Positions 1 through 10,104 of a DNA stretch of 64,000 nt are shown in pieces. A program made the translations under genes and the position numbers. How positions within the stretch are numbered: position 1 is the stretch's first letter; every line of letters starts with the position of its first letter. This stretch comes from Spirochaetaceae bacterium (GTDB lineage: Bacteria; Spirochaetota; Spirochaetia; DSM-2461). The notes beneath the pieces were generated by a model. That model worked only from the letters and a program-made list of their open reading frames with translations, searched no databases and was not told the origin of the DNA. The stretch lies in assembly GCA_965224705.1 (NCBI GenBank), contig OZ245056.1:1344001-1408000 (forward strand), written 5' to 3'.

Positions 1-1
1 C

Positions 2-1627
2 ATAGTTTGAATGCTTCGGTATCCCGGTGGCGACGGCAAAGACATTGAGATCAAGGATGATGTCTCCCGGTATGAACCCGGCTTTATTAATCAGGATATC
101 CACGGCCCTCCGGCCAATGTCCACTTTTCTCTGGAATGTATCAGCCTGACCATCTTCATCAAAGGCCATGACAATGATGGCCGCTCCAAAGCGTTTAATC
201 TCTTTGACCTGTTTTAGGAAGGCTTCTTCCCCTTCCTTGAGACTCACCGAGTTGACAATTCCCTTTCCCTGCAGGCATTTCAAACCGGCAAACAGTGCTT
301 CAGGCCTGGAGGAATCTATCATAACTGGAACTCTGGACACATCTGGTTCGGCCATTATCAGATTTAGAAACCGTGTCATCTCTTCCGGAGCATCCAGCAA
401 TGCATCATCCACATTCACATCAATAATTTGTGCCCCATTTTCTACCTGCTTGCGGGCGATTTCCACCGCTTCCTCACCATTTTTGTCTCGAATCAACCGC
501 GCAAATTTTCGAGAACCCGATACATTGGTCCTTTCCCCAACATTGATGAAGAGGCTTTTCTCATTGATGATAAGCGGATCCAATCCACTGAGCCGTGTAA
601 AATAAACAGGTTTCTGTACCTGTTCCAGCGGCCGTGGTTTTGCTTGAATGACCCTGGACCGTATCGCGGAAATATGTTCAGCCCGGGTTCCGCAGCAGCC
701 GCCGGCAATGTTGATCAGTCCTTCATCGGCCATGGAACCAATCACCTCTGCCATGTAATCAGGTGTGTCGTTATAACAACCCTCTTCATCCGGGAGGCCT
801 GCATTGGGATACACGGAAACTGGAACTTCTGCTACCCTTGCCAGGGAGCGGATGTGCGGAAGCAGTTCTCCGGCTCCAAGAGCACAGTTCAATCCAATCG
901 ATACGGGTTCGGCATGGGCCACCGAGAACCAGAACGCTTCGGGAGTTTGACCTGTCAGTGTTCGGCCGGATATGTCTGTTATGGTACCGGAAATCATTAT
1001 GGGCCACCGTCTTCTGTAGTGGTCAAACAGATCAAGAAGAGCGTATATTGCGGCCTTGGCATTCAAGGCATCGATAATCGTTTCCACAAGGATAAGGTCC
1101 GCACCACCCTCGATAAGACCCCGGGCCGCTTCCCTGTATGCATCGGCCATTTGATCAAAGGTAATCTCCCTGTATCCAGGATCTTCCACACGGGGAGACA
1201 GGGAAAGGATCTTGCTCGTTGGGCCAAGCGATCCGGCAACATAGCACGGGCCGCTGCCATCGTTCTCCAGGAAAGTCTCAATGGCTGAACGGGCAATTTG
1301 AGCACCACGATAGTTGATTTCGTAAGCCAGATTTCCGGTTTCGTACTCTGCCTGAGAAATCTCTGTACCGCTGAATGTATTGGTTTCAATGATATCGGCT
1401 CCAGCGTGAAGAAATTCAAGATGAAATTCCTTCACCAGTTCCGGTCTTATCAGATTAAGCATCTCATGATTGCCGAAAAGATTCTTTGGGTGCCTGGCAA
1501 ACCGTTCCCCATGGTAGTCTTTTTCAGTCAGTTTCTTTGACTGAAACCAGGTCCCGGCTGCCCCGTCCAGCATGAGTATCCTGTTCTTGAGCAGTGTTTT
1601 TATCTCTGCCGAGCAATCTTCCTGCAT
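2..1627 (-). CDS. metH: B12-dependent methionine synthase, N-terminal part; runs off the left edge and is absent from the ORF track
   Basis: Manual translation gives RILMLDGAAGT, AGADIIETNTF, GLNCALGA, GGCCGT, VGERTNVSGSRKFARLI, VMAFDEDGQAD, NVFAVATGI (Hcy- and pterin-binding domains). Confidence 0.95.
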   Translation of the reverse strand, partial: MQEDCSAEIKTLLKNRILMLDGAAGTWFQSKKLTEKDYHGERFARHPKNLFGNHEMLNLIRPELVKEFHLEFLHAGADIIETNTFSGTEISQAEYETGNLAYEINYRGAQIARSAIETFLENDGSGPCYVAGSLGPTSKILSLSPRVEDPGYREITFDQMADAYREAARGLIEGGADLILVETIIDALNAKAAIYALLDLFDHYRRRWPIMISGTITDISGRTLTGQTPEAFWFSVAHAEPVSIGLNCALGAGELLPHIRSLARVAEVPVSVYPNAGLPDEEGCYNDTPDYMAEVIGSMADEGLINIAGGCCGTRAEHISAIRSRVIQAKPRPLEQVQKPVYFTRLSGLDPLIINEKSLFINVGERTNVSGSRKFARLIRDKNGEEAVEIARKQVENGAQIIDVNVDDALLDAPEEMTRFLNLIMAEPDVSRVPVMIDSSRPEALFAGLKCLQGKGIVNSVSLKEGEEAFLKQVKEIKRFGAAIIVMAFDEDGQADTFQRKVDIGRRAVDILINKAGFIPGDIILDLNVFAVATGIPKHSNY

Positions 1628-1667
1628 TTTGTTTACAACTTACTTTCTGTCATGAATTGTCTCTGGA

Positions 1668-2375
1668 CTATATGCCAAGATATGCTTCTTTGACCCTGTC
1701 ATCAACCAGAAGGGCTTCTGAAGTATCAGTTTTCACAATGATGCCATTTTGAAGGACATAACCCCGGTGTGCTATTCTGAGGGCCATGTTGGCATTTTGC
1801 TCTACCAGAAAAATGGTTGTACCCTGTTCCATGTTAATTCGTGTTATTATCTCGAATATTTGCTGGACAATGAGGGGAGCCAATCCAAGGGATGGTTCAT
1901 CAAGAAGAAGTATTCTGGGTTTCGCCATAAGGGCGCGGCTGATGGCGAGCATCTGCTGTTCGCCTCCGGAAAGTGTTCCTCCAGTTTGATGCCGCCGTTC
2001 TGAAAGAATTGGAAATAATTCGAATACATAGTCCATGTCGGTTTTGATTTCATTCCTGTCCCTTCTCAGGTAGGCCCCCATATCCAGGTTTTCAAGAACG
2101 GTGAGTTGGGGGAAAATTCTCCGCCCTTCCGGCACCTGACTCATGCCGAATGTCACGATTTCATGGGATGACAACGGGGTAATATCCCTGCCTTCCAGAA
2201 AAATAGATCCGGTTGATGGCTTCACAATTCCACAGATGGACATGAGTGTGGTTGATTTTCCGGCACCATTGGCTCCGATCAGGGTAATGATTTCACCTTT
2301 TTCCACTTCAAGGCTTATGCCTTTAAGAGCCTGGATGCCGCCATAACTGGTGTGAATATTATCAACCTTCAACAT
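1668..2375 (-). CDS. livF: Branched-chain amino acid ABC transporter ATP-binding subunit
   Basis: GANGAGKST, VPEGRRIF, LSGGEQQMLA, LDEPSLGLAP. Confidence 0.92.
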   Translation of the reverse strand: MLKVDNIHTSYGGIQALKGISLEVEKGEIITLIGANGAGKSTTLMSICGIVKPSTGSIFLEGRDITPLSSHEIVTFGMSQVPEGRRIFPQLTVLENLDMGAYLRRDRNEIKTDMDYVFELFPILSERRHQTGGTLSGGEQQMLAISRALMAKPRILLLDEPSLGLAPLIVQQIFEIITRINMEQGTTIFLVEQNANMALRIAHRGYVLQNGIIVKTDTSEALLVDDRVKEAYLGI

Positions 2376-2376
2376 C

Positions 2377-3156
2377 TCACTCCCCCAGATATGCTTTGAT
2401 GACAGCCGGATTAACCTTCACTTCTTCAGGTCCTCCTTCCGCAATCAGTCTTCCGTAATCCAGCACGTAAATTCTTTCAGAAAGACTCATCACCAGACTC
2501 ATATCATGCTCAATAAGGAGAATTGTTGTTTTCTCTCTATCGCGAATCCGTGTAATGGTTTCATCCAGTTCCCTGGTTTCCTGGGGATTCATTCCGGCCG
2601 CTGGTTCATCCAGAAGTAAAAGCTGCGGCTCAGTGGCCAGTGCTCTGGCGATCTCTAAAAGACGCTGTGCGCCGTACGGCAGGCCGGCTGCTATTTCGTT
2701 TGCATACTTTCCCAGACCAAGCTTCTTAAGTATCTCAACGGAATCTTCAATAACCTGTTCTTCTTCTTCCCGGGTGGCCTTGCTGCGCAGTATTGCTCCA
2801 AAAAGATTAGCTCTGAGCTTTGAGTGCCGACCAATCATCACGTTTTCAAGAGCTGTCATCGATGAGAAAAGCCGGATGTTTTGAAATGTACGGGCAAGCC
2901 CCAGCTCAGCTATTTTATTCGGTTTCATGCCATTGGTCTTCTTTTTATCACCATTACCTGAGGAAACAGTTATATGTCCCTCCGAGGGGGTATACACACC
3001 GGTGACACAATTGAACAGAGTTGTTTTTCCCGCCCCATTCGGACCGATGAGAGCGACTATTTCCCCTTCATCAATATGCATGTTCACATGGTCAACAGCT
3101 CTCAGACCCCCAAACACCATGGAAAAATCATTGATGTTCAATATAGTGCGGCTCAC
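2377..3156 (-). CDS. livG: Branched-chain amino acid ABC transporter ATP-binding subunit
   Basis: GPNGAGKTT, ARTFQNIRLF, LPYGAQRLLEIARAL, DEPAAGMN, IEHDM. Confidence 0.92.
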   Translation of the reverse strand: MSRTILNINDFSMVFGGLRAVDHVNMHIDEGEIVALIGPNGAGKTTLFNCVTGVYTPSEGHITVSSGNGDKKKTNGMKPNKIAELGLARTFQNIRLFSSMTALENVMIGRHSKLRANLFGAILRSKATREEEEQVIEDSVEILKKLGLGKYANEIAAGLPYGAQRLLEIARALATEPQLLLLDEPAAGMNPQETRELDETITRIRDREKTTILLIEHDMSLVMSLSERIYVLDYGRLIAEGGPEEVKVNPAVIKAYLGE

Positions 3157-4352
3157 AGTGATCCCTCTACTGTATATCGCTTTCGGACGCGGGGAATTAT
3201 TCCCTGAGGTCTGAATACGGACATCACAACCAGGGCCACACCAAACATCATCATCCGGTAATCAGAAAGAACTCGAAAATACTCAGGGATCAGGGTTACA
3301 ATGAGGGCTCCCAGAAAAACTCCCGGTATGGAACCTGTTCCCCCAAGAACGACGGCAACGAGTATCATCACAGATTCCATGAGAGTGAAACTCCCGGGGT
3401 TGATGTACGTTGTTTTACCTGCAAGTATAACGCCTATAAGGCCAGCCCATACCGCACCCAGTGCAAATGTAACAAGTTTGGTACGTGCAAGGTCAATTCC
3501 CATGGACTGAGCTGCAATGTCATCCTCCTTCATCGCTTCAAGTGCCCTCCCGATGCGGGAATCCTCAAGGCGCCGTATTACAAGTATTGTCAGAATCACC
3601 ATAATGATGGAAATGTAGTAGAGATATGCAGTCGCCCCCTGAAGTGAAAGTTTGACAAAGAATCCCGGCCGTGGAATCCTGGCAATGCCCTCAGGGCCTT
3701 TTGTAAATCCAGACAGGTTTTCCAGGAATAACCGGACGATTTCCCCAAACGCAAGGGTAACAATGGCAAGATAATCCCCTCGAAGCCGCAGGACAGGGAT
3801 CCCGATAAGTAAACCGAGAACCATACCTGAAACAGCCCCCAGAGGCAGGGCGCCCCAGAACGGAAATCCCAGGTAGAGGTATAGAAGACCGTAATTATAG
3901 GCGCCAACAGCATAGAATGCGGCATAGCCCAGATGCAGAAGTCCCCCATACCCAATAACTATGTTGAGACCCAGGCCCAGGATTACAAACATCAGGGCAC
4001 TGGTCATTATACCAACCTGATAAAAACTCACCATAAATGGAAAAAGGATAACCAGAAGACCCAGTGTAACGAGGGAGAACATGTACACTTTTTTTTGGGC
4101 GAACAATTTCCTCAGCCTGAAAGTCGTCAGACTGGCATCAATATCATTGCTATGAGTTCCTCCCTTCTCTTTCCTGTCAAGGAAGAAATCCCATATCAGA
4201 GAAAAAATAAATGTTCCTGCACCAACATAGAGTAAGTTCATCCATCGCCATTTCACGGTTGAATTCACAGCATTAACTTTAATCACCATGATGGGAAAGG
4301 TAAGAATCATCAGCCAGATTGCACTGAGAATCGATTTTCGGATGTTCTTCAT
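3153..4352 (-). CDS. livM: Branched-chain amino acid ABC transporter permease (start 4352 or 4364)
   Basis: LGLNIVIGYGGLLHLGYAAFYAVGAY, LRLRGDYLAIVTLAFGEIVR. Confidence 0.9.
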   Translation of the reverse strand: MKNIRKSILSAIWLMILTFPIMVIKVNAVNSTVKWRWMNLLYVGAGTFIFSLIWDFFLDRKEKGGTHSNDIDASLTTFRLRKLFAQKKVYMFSLVTLGLLVILFPFMVSFYQVGIMTSALMFVILGLGLNIVIGYGGLLHLGYAAFYAVGAYNYGLLYLYLGFPFWGALPLGAVSGMVLGLLIGIPVLRLRGDYLAIVTLAFGEIVRLFLENLSGFTKGPEGIARIPRPGFFVKLSLQGATAYLYYISIIMVILTILVIRRLEDSRIGRALEAMKEDDIAAQSMGIDLARTKLVTFALGAVWAGLIGVILAGKTTYINPGSFTLMESVMILVAVVLGGTGSIPGVFLGALIVTLIPEYFRVLSDYRMMMFGVALVVMSVFRPQGIIPRVRKRYTVEGSL

Positions 4353-4368
4353 TATTCTTTCCATATAC

Positions 4369-5274
4369 TCAAACCTTTTCCATCTCATGCCGACCGACTA
4401 AGCCGGATGGTTTGAAGACCAGAATGAGGATGAGTATAATGAAGGCAAAAGCGTTTTCATACGCACTGGATATGTAGCCGGCACCAAAACTTTCCGTCAT
4501 TCCAAGCACGAAGCTGCCCAGTACGGCTCCAGGGATACTGCCGATTCCACCGAGCACTGCAGCAACAAAGGCTTTGATTCCTGCCAGAAAACCTATGTAG
4601 AAATTGATTTGCCCCATGTGGTTGGCAACAAGAACCCCACCAATAGCCGCCGTAGCGGAACCGATGGCGAAGGTAACAGTGATAACTTTGTTAATATCAA
4701 TACCCACGAGTTGGGCCATCACCTTATCCTGGGATGTTGCTCTCATGGCCTTCCCAATGCGTGTAAATTTTATCAGGACAGTAAGAAGAACCATGACAAC
4801 AAAAGTGGAAATCAGTATAACCAGCTGAGTTGTTGTTATCAGGGACTTCCCCCTGATGAGGAAGGGGAGATCGGGAATCAATGACCGAAAGGGCAGAAAA
4901 TCTGAAGTTTGGGCCATTCTGACATAGTTCTGGAGAATGAGAGACATACCGATGGCACTGATCAGAGCGGAGAGTCTTGGTGCATTTCTCAGGGGTTTGT
5001 AGGCAATTCTTTCCATTGTTGTTCCATAGCCAACGGAAAAAAACACGGCGGCCAGAAGGGAAATCGTCAGAATGAGGAGTGGAGACATCGTTGTCATAAT
5101 TTGCAGTACAGCACTTATGATTAGAGCTGTGAATGCCCCGATCATATAGATTTCTCCATGAGCAAAGTTAATCAATTTGATGATGCCATATACCATGGTA
5201 TAGCCCAGGGCAATCAAGGCGTAAATACTGCCTTTGGTTAGTCCTGCCAATGCAAGCTGCAGGAAGTACTTCAA
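4369..5274 (-). CDS. livH: Branched-chain amino acid ABC transporter permease (probable TTG start after AAGGAG)
   Basis: GSIYALIALGYTMVYGIIKLINFAHGE, KAFVAAVLGGIGSIPGA. Confidence 0.92.
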   Translation of the reverse strand: MKYFLQLALAGLTKGSIYALIALGYTMVYGIIKLINFAHGEIYMIGAFTALIISAVLQIMTTMSPLLILTISLLAAVFFSVGYGTTMERIAYKPLRNAPRLSALISAIGMSLILQNYVRMAQTSDFLPFRSLIPDLPFLIRGKSLITTTQLVILISTFVVMVLLTVLIKFTRIGKAMRATSQDKVMAQLVGIDINKVITVTFAIGSATAAIGGVLVANHMGQINFYIGFLAGIKAFVAAVLGGIGSIPGAVLGSFVLGMTESFGAGYISSAYENAFAFIILILILVFKPSGLVGRHEMEKV

Positions 5275-5380
5275 GAAAATCTCCTTCATAGAACAGGTTT
5301 TATGCTCAAAAGGTGTTGGAATCTGCATCAGTATGATAGATGTAGTATCCAAGTTCAAGTCTTCGGGAAACTTTTTTGTA

Positions 5381-5602
5381 GTGTCAGAAAGCCTGTAAAA
5401 CCTCCTTCAACTCATCCCGGGAGTCCAATCTCATCCTGAACCTTCACATATCCGCCTGAGATTGGCGAACCCGGTCTCATAGATGAACTCGGACTCACTC
5501 CCGGTGTTGCAGGAGTTCCTCGTAGTCGATGACTTTTTTCGCATAACTATGTTATAACGAGCCTGACATGGGTTTTTGCTGCATTAACAAGCTTTCTGAC
5601 AC
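5381..5602. mobile_element. Miniature inverted-repeat element, family B (222 bp)
   Basis: Ends GTGTCAGAAAGCCTGT / ACAAGCTTTCTGACAC, flanked by TA on both sides; the same ends occur at 13922, 32528, 55470 and 61348. Confidence 0.7.
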
Positions 5603-5623
5603 TAAGTTTCAATACCAACAAGA

Positions 5624-7009
5624 TCATTGAAATTCATACAACTCCAAACTGTGAGAAAGGAAATTCGTAAAAGCTAAATACTGACCATCAGAGCTTATAT
5701 CAAGTCCTGTAGGCTGATCCCGGCCCCAAATCCATGACACAACTTCCCCGATATCCAGACGGATAAAGTAAATTTTCCCATATTCATAACCTCTTGTTAG
5801 ATAGCCCGTATCGGGATTATTAGGACCCCGGCAGGACACAACAAGCCATTGCCCATCGGGAGAAATATCACAGGTATTGGGCTTTTCTCCCACTTCCCAG
5901 AAACCCATCCATTGACCAGTTTCCGAAAGCCTGTAAACACGGCTTGCACCCATGGCCGTGATGTAGTATTCTCCCCTGGGTTTATCGTAGACAATATGCC
6001 GCATGGCATAAGGTTTTTTTGGCCCTGCATCATGAACAATCTGAGTTTTCCCGGTGCTGAGATTTATCCTGTCTACAGCCGAATCTGAGAATCGAGTTAC
6101 AAGAATTTCCGATACATCCCGGCTCAGACTTAACCCTCGTGGAATGGGTCCCGTTTTGAAACTGCTGACTTCTCTGTATGATTCAGTATCAATCACAGAA
6201 ATAGAATTGCTGATCCAGCAGGAAGCATACATTTTTTTTTCATCAGGTGAGGCAACGAGCAATTTGGGCCATGAGCCGCTCAGTTTCACCTGTGATATAT
6301 AGGCTCCGGTTTCTAAATTGAAGATATGAATGCTGTTTGTTGTCATCTGAGAAATCCATAACTCCTTTCGTTTCTCAAGAATGAAGGATTCAACAAAACC
6401 CTTATGACGGGCAGCCTCATCTGGAACATTGAAACTGCGAACCCAATCGAACGGACTCACCCTGTATTGGTTGATGGCAATTTCGTCTCCCAGGTGAATA
6501 GTAAAAAGATAGCGTCCGTCAGGGCTGAATCGTACACTTTTGGGCTGGAATCCGGTTGGAAGTTCTCCGATCCGCTGAACAATGGAATCTGCTCGTTCAA
6601 GTTTGACCTCGGTGATTTCTCCGTCAATCAGCGGTACAACCCTGGTGATGTAGCCATCCGACTGGAGTCCAATTGCACCCGCATTCGTGGTGAACCACTG
6701 AGTATCATGTTCTCTGTGGCTGGGGGTAAGAGTAACAAGCTCCAGGTTTGAGAGTGAAACAATTTCGGCATCCTGAGGGAAAACCCGTATACCGATTTTC
6801 CGCTGCTCGATTCGGTCTGGATATGCGGAAAGACGTTCATGCAGAGTTGGAGTTGCAATGTATGGAGATGGAATGACTTCTGGTACGGGAAGTGAGGCTT
6901 CTGCCGGGGGAACGCCTGGACTGGGCTGCATCAGTGCAGAAGATGTACCCGCACAGGAGGCCAACAGTAGTAAGAGGGTGGAAAGCAATCCCGAATATGA
7001 AAATTTCAT
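5624..7009 (-). CDS. Lipoprotein with YncE/YVTN-type beta-propeller
   Basis: Lipobox LLASC; repeated propeller motifs (PKSVRFSPDG, SISVIDT, PRGLSLS, PNTCDISPDG, PTGLDISSDG). Confidence 0.75.
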   Translation of the reverse strand: MKFSYSGLLSTLLLLLASCAGTSSALMQPSPGVPPAEASLPVPEVIPSPYIATPTLHERLSAYPDRIEQRKIGIRVFPQDAEIVSLSNLELVTLTPSHREHDTQWFTTNAGAIGLQSDGYITRVVPLIDGEITEVKLERADSIVQRIGELPTGFQPKSVRFSPDGRYLFTIHLGDEIAINQYRVSPFDWVRSFNVPDEAARHKGFVESFILEKRKELWISQMTTNSIHIFNLETGAYISQVKLSGSWPKLLVASPDEKKMYASCWISNSISVIDTESYREVSSFKTGPIPRGLSLSRDVSEILVTRFSDSAVDRINLSTGKTQIVHDAGPKKPYAMRHIVYDKPRGEYYITAMGASRVYRLSETGQWMGFWEVGEKPNTCDISPDGQWLVVSCRGPNNPDTGYLTRGYEYGKIYFIRLDIGEVVSWIWGRDQPTGLDISSDGQYLAFTNFLSHSLELYEFQ

Positions 7010-7186
7010 GGAGTGTTCATCATGGCATAATCTGTATTACTTCACAATGAAGAAAGCTATTGAACATATTGACAACCTTGTATATTCTGGGGGAAAAAGG
7101 AAACTCGAAAGAAGAACAATTTCAAGTTGAAGCAATCCAATTAGTTTCTCAACGGAAATTAGATCGTACAAAACTGGAAGGTAAAC

Positions 7187-8323
7187 ATGATTATAGCCAT
7201 ACCAAAGGAGGCTGAGGACAGCCGAGCGGCTCTTATCCCCGATGCCGTAAAAAAACTCATCGCACTTGAAGGCACTGAAGTTGTTGTGGAGACAAATTTA
7301 TCAGATCACTGGGACGATGAGGCATATTTGGCCGCCGGGGCAAAAGTGGAGAAGAAACAAAGTACTCTTCTCGAATCAGCCGATGTTGTGATGCGGATCA
7401 ATCCCACTTCGGAAAGGAATGTTTCCAGGATGAAAAAGGGTGCCATTCACATCAGCCTTCTGGATCCCTACAATAACAGGAAACTTGTTGAATCCTATGC
7501 CGCCGCCGGGATCAATGTCATCAGTCTTGAAATGATTCCCCGCACAACTCTGGCCCAGAAGATGGATGTTCTGAGTTCTCAGGCATCCCTGGCCGGTTAT
7601 GTGGCTGTGCTCAAAGCGGCGGAACGACTGGACAGAATTCTGCCTATGATGATGACCCCGGCCGGAACTCTCGCGCCAGCCAGGGTGTTCGTTATTGGAG
7701 CAGGGGTTGCCGGCTTGCAGGCCATTGCCACCGCGAAGCGGCTTGGCGCCCGAGTTGAGGCGTTTGATACACGCCCTGTTGTAGAAGAACAGGTTCAATC
7801 ACTGGGAGCAAAGTTTGTCAAAGTTGATCTTGGAGAAACAGGTCAAACAAAAGATGGATATGCCAAAGCTCTTACAGATGAACAGTTAGCCAAACAGCGT
7901 GATGCAATGGCCAAAGCTGTTGCTCAGGCCGATATAACCATTACAACGGCCAAACTCTTCGGTCGAAAGGCACCAATCATCATCACGGCGGAAATGCTCA
8001 AGGACGTGAAGAAAGGTTCCGTTATTGTTGATCTGGCTGCCGGCAGCGGGGGCAATGTAGAAGGGGTCAGGGTTGATAAAGAGGTCTCCATTGATGGCGT
8101 CAGGATTATCGGTATTGACAATCTCCCCGGTGAGGTTGCCATCCATGCCAGTCAGATGCTGGCCGCCAACATGGTGAATCTCATCACTCACCTGAGGGAT
8201 GCTGACACTGGAAGACTCAAGCTCGGCACTGGAGAAAATCCTGACGAGATCGCCGTGGGTTGTGTTATCGTCCGTGATGGCCAGATTGTCCATCCAGATA
8301 TACTCAACCACTACAAAAAATAG
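7187..8323 (+). CDS. pntAA: NAD(P) transhydrogenase alpha subunit part 1
   Basis: AQKMDVLSSQASLAGY, MMMTPAGT, GAGVAGLQAIATAKRLGA, VDLAAGSGGNVE. Confidence 0.95.
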   Translation: MIIAIPKEAEDSRAALIPDAVKKLIALEGTEVVVETNLSDHWDDEAYLAAGAKVEKKQSTLLESADVVMRINPTSERNVSRMKKGAIHISLLDPYNNRKLVESYAAAGINVISLEMIPRTTLAQKMDVLSSQASLAGYVAVLKAAERLDRILPMMMTPAGTLAPARVFVIGAGVAGLQAIATAKRLGARVEAFDTRPVVEEQVQSLGAKFVKVDLGETGQTKDGYAKALTDEQLAKQRDAMAKAVAQADITITTAKLFGRKAPIIITAEMLKDVKKGSVIVDLAAGSGGNVEGVRVDKEVSIDGVRIIGIDNLPGEVAIHASQMLAANMVNLITHLRDADTGRLKLGTGENPDEIAVGCVIVRDGQIVHPDILNHYKK

Positions 8324-8332
8324 GAGAAAATC

Positions 8333-8623
8333 ATGGGAATAATGCTCATTTTCGTTCTGGTACTTGCAACTTTTCTGGGTTTTGAACTCATTTCCAAAGT
8401 CCCAAGTCAATTACACACGCCATTGATGTCTGGTTCCAATGCTATCAGCGGCATCACCATCGTGGGTGCACTGATCAGCCTTCTGGGAACCTGGAATGTT
8501 GAAGGCGACATGCTGCGGACCATTCTGGGAACACTGGCAGTCATGTTTGCAACGATCAATGTTGTCGGTGGTTATTTCGTTACTGATAGAATGCTTGGTA
8601 TGTTTACCGGGGAGAAAAAATAG
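8333..8623 (+). CDS. pntAB: NAD(P) transhydrogenase alpha subunit part 2
   Basis: LHTPLMSGSNAISGI, INVVGGYFVTDRMLGMF. Confidence 0.95.
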   Translation: MGIMLIFVLVLATFLGFELISKVPSQLHTPLMSGSNAISGITIVGALISLLGTWNVEGDMLRTILGTLAVMFATINVVGGYFVTDRMLGMFTGEKK

Positions 8624-10048
8624 ATGCCTGAGACTTTGACCAATTTACTTTACATTGTCTCGGCCATGCTCTTTGTGTTTGGACTCAAGATGCTTGGTAA
8701 GGCGGATAAGGCCCGTAAGGGGAATCTGATTTCAGCCATCGGCATGCTGCTGGCCATTGTGACCGCACTGGCATCGGATTCCATCATTCACTGGCCATGG
8801 ATTGTAGCAGGACTGACGGCTGGTTCGGTTATCGGCTTGCTTGCAGCCCGTCTTGTTGCCATGACTTCGATGCCGGAGATGGTCGCCCTGTTTAACGGCT
8901 TTGGCGGTATTGCCAGTCTTCTGGTTGGCTGGGTGGAGTTTCAGCGTCTGTACACAGCAGGACTTATCGGATCAACACCATGGAATTCCCTGATGATTAT
9001 CGGGGTAACCATATTGATCGGCGGGGTAACCTTCACCGGTTCCATCATTGCATGGGGAAAACTGTCTGAAAAAATGACCTCCAAACCCATTCTTTTCGGA
9101 GGTCAGCAGGTGGTGAACGGTCTGGTGGTTTTACTAATACTGGCGGCCATTCTTCTCATCTCCATTGGCAGGCCCATGATGGGTGCTGACAGCTATCTAC
9201 CGTTCCTGACCCCCTATACGGCACTGATCTTCCTTGGAGGCTTGAGTCTCATACTGGGAGTGATGGTTGTTATTCCGATCGGCGGCGGTGATATGCCGGT
9301 TGTTATATCCCTCCTCAATTCCTACAGTGGAATGGCCGCATGTGCGGCAGGTTTCGTGATTAAGAACAATGTTCTTATCGTTTCCGGTGCATTGGTGGGA
9401 TCAAGTGGAATCATTCTTACCAACATCATGTGCAAGGCCATGAACCGGTCTCTGTCCAATGTACTCTTCAGTGGTTTTGGCTCAGGCGACGGTGGGAAGA
9501 AAAGTGCCGGGTTCACCGGTGAGGCTAAACCGATTACGGTGGAAGATGCCTATCCCATACTGGAAGCAGCTCAAAACGTGCTCATTGTTCCAGGTTATGG
9601 TATGGCCGTAGCCCAGGCCCAGCATGCGGTACAGGAACTGGCTTCCCTTATGGAAGAAAATGGTGCCGATGTGAATTTTGGGATCCATCCGGTAGCCGGA
9701 CGAATGCCCGGCCACATGAACGTCCTTCTTGCTGAGGCCAATGTTCCCTACGAGCAGCTCCGTGAGATGGATGATGTGAATCCAACGATTGAAATGGTGG
9801 AAGTTGTTCTTGTCATTGGTGCTAATGATGTGGTAAACCCGGCGGCACGAAGTGATGAGGGTTCACCCCTGTACGGTATGCCGGTTATCAATGTTGATCA
9901 GGCCCGGACGGTCATTGTATTCAAGCGGTCTTTGAATCCTGGATTCGCCGGAGTCGATAATCCTCTGTTCTTCTGCGACAATACAAGGATGCTGTTTGGG
10001 GATGCAAAATCTTCATTGCAGGGATTGGTGGCAGAGTTTAAGAGTTAG
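8624..10048 (+). CDS. pntB: NAD(P) transhydrogenase beta subunit
   Basis: PIGGGDMPVVISLLNSYSG, VPGYGMAVAQAQ, HPVAGRMPGHMNVLLAEA. Confidence 0.95.
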   Translation: MPETLTNLLYIVSAMLFVFGLKMLGKADKARKGNLISAIGMLLAIVTALASDSIIHWPWIVAGLTAGSVIGLLAARLVAMTSMPEMVALFNGFGGIASLLVGWVEFQRLYTAGLIGSTPWNSLMIIGVTILIGGVTFTGSIIAWGKLSEKMTSKPILFGGQQVVNGLVVLLILAAILLISIGRPMMGADSYLPFLTPYTALIFLGGLSLILGVMVVIPIGGGDMPVVISLLNSYSGMAACAAGFVIKNNVLIVSGALVGSSGIILTNIMCKAMNRSLSNVLFSGFGSGDGGKKSAGFTGEAKPITVEDAYPILEAAQNVLIVPGYGMAVAQAQHAVQELASLMEENGADVNFGIHPVAGRMPGHMNVLLAEANVPYEQLREMDDVNPTIEMVEVVLVIGANDVVNPAARSDEGSPLYGMPVINVDQARTVIVFKRSLNPGFAGVDNPLFFCDNTRMLFGDAKSSLQGLVAEFKS

Positions 10049-10104
10049 ATTTTTGAGTTCGTGGATATTGGGTTGTAGCGGCTGGATCATGGAGAACGTG
10101 TTAA

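Noticed and set aside
168..1540. Plus-strand ORFs of 145 and 286 aa
   Set aside because: Antisense shadows of metH.
7030..7047. Possible Rex operator upstream of pnt (..TTCACAA)
   Set aside because: Only one half-site matches well; the other matches 4 of 7.
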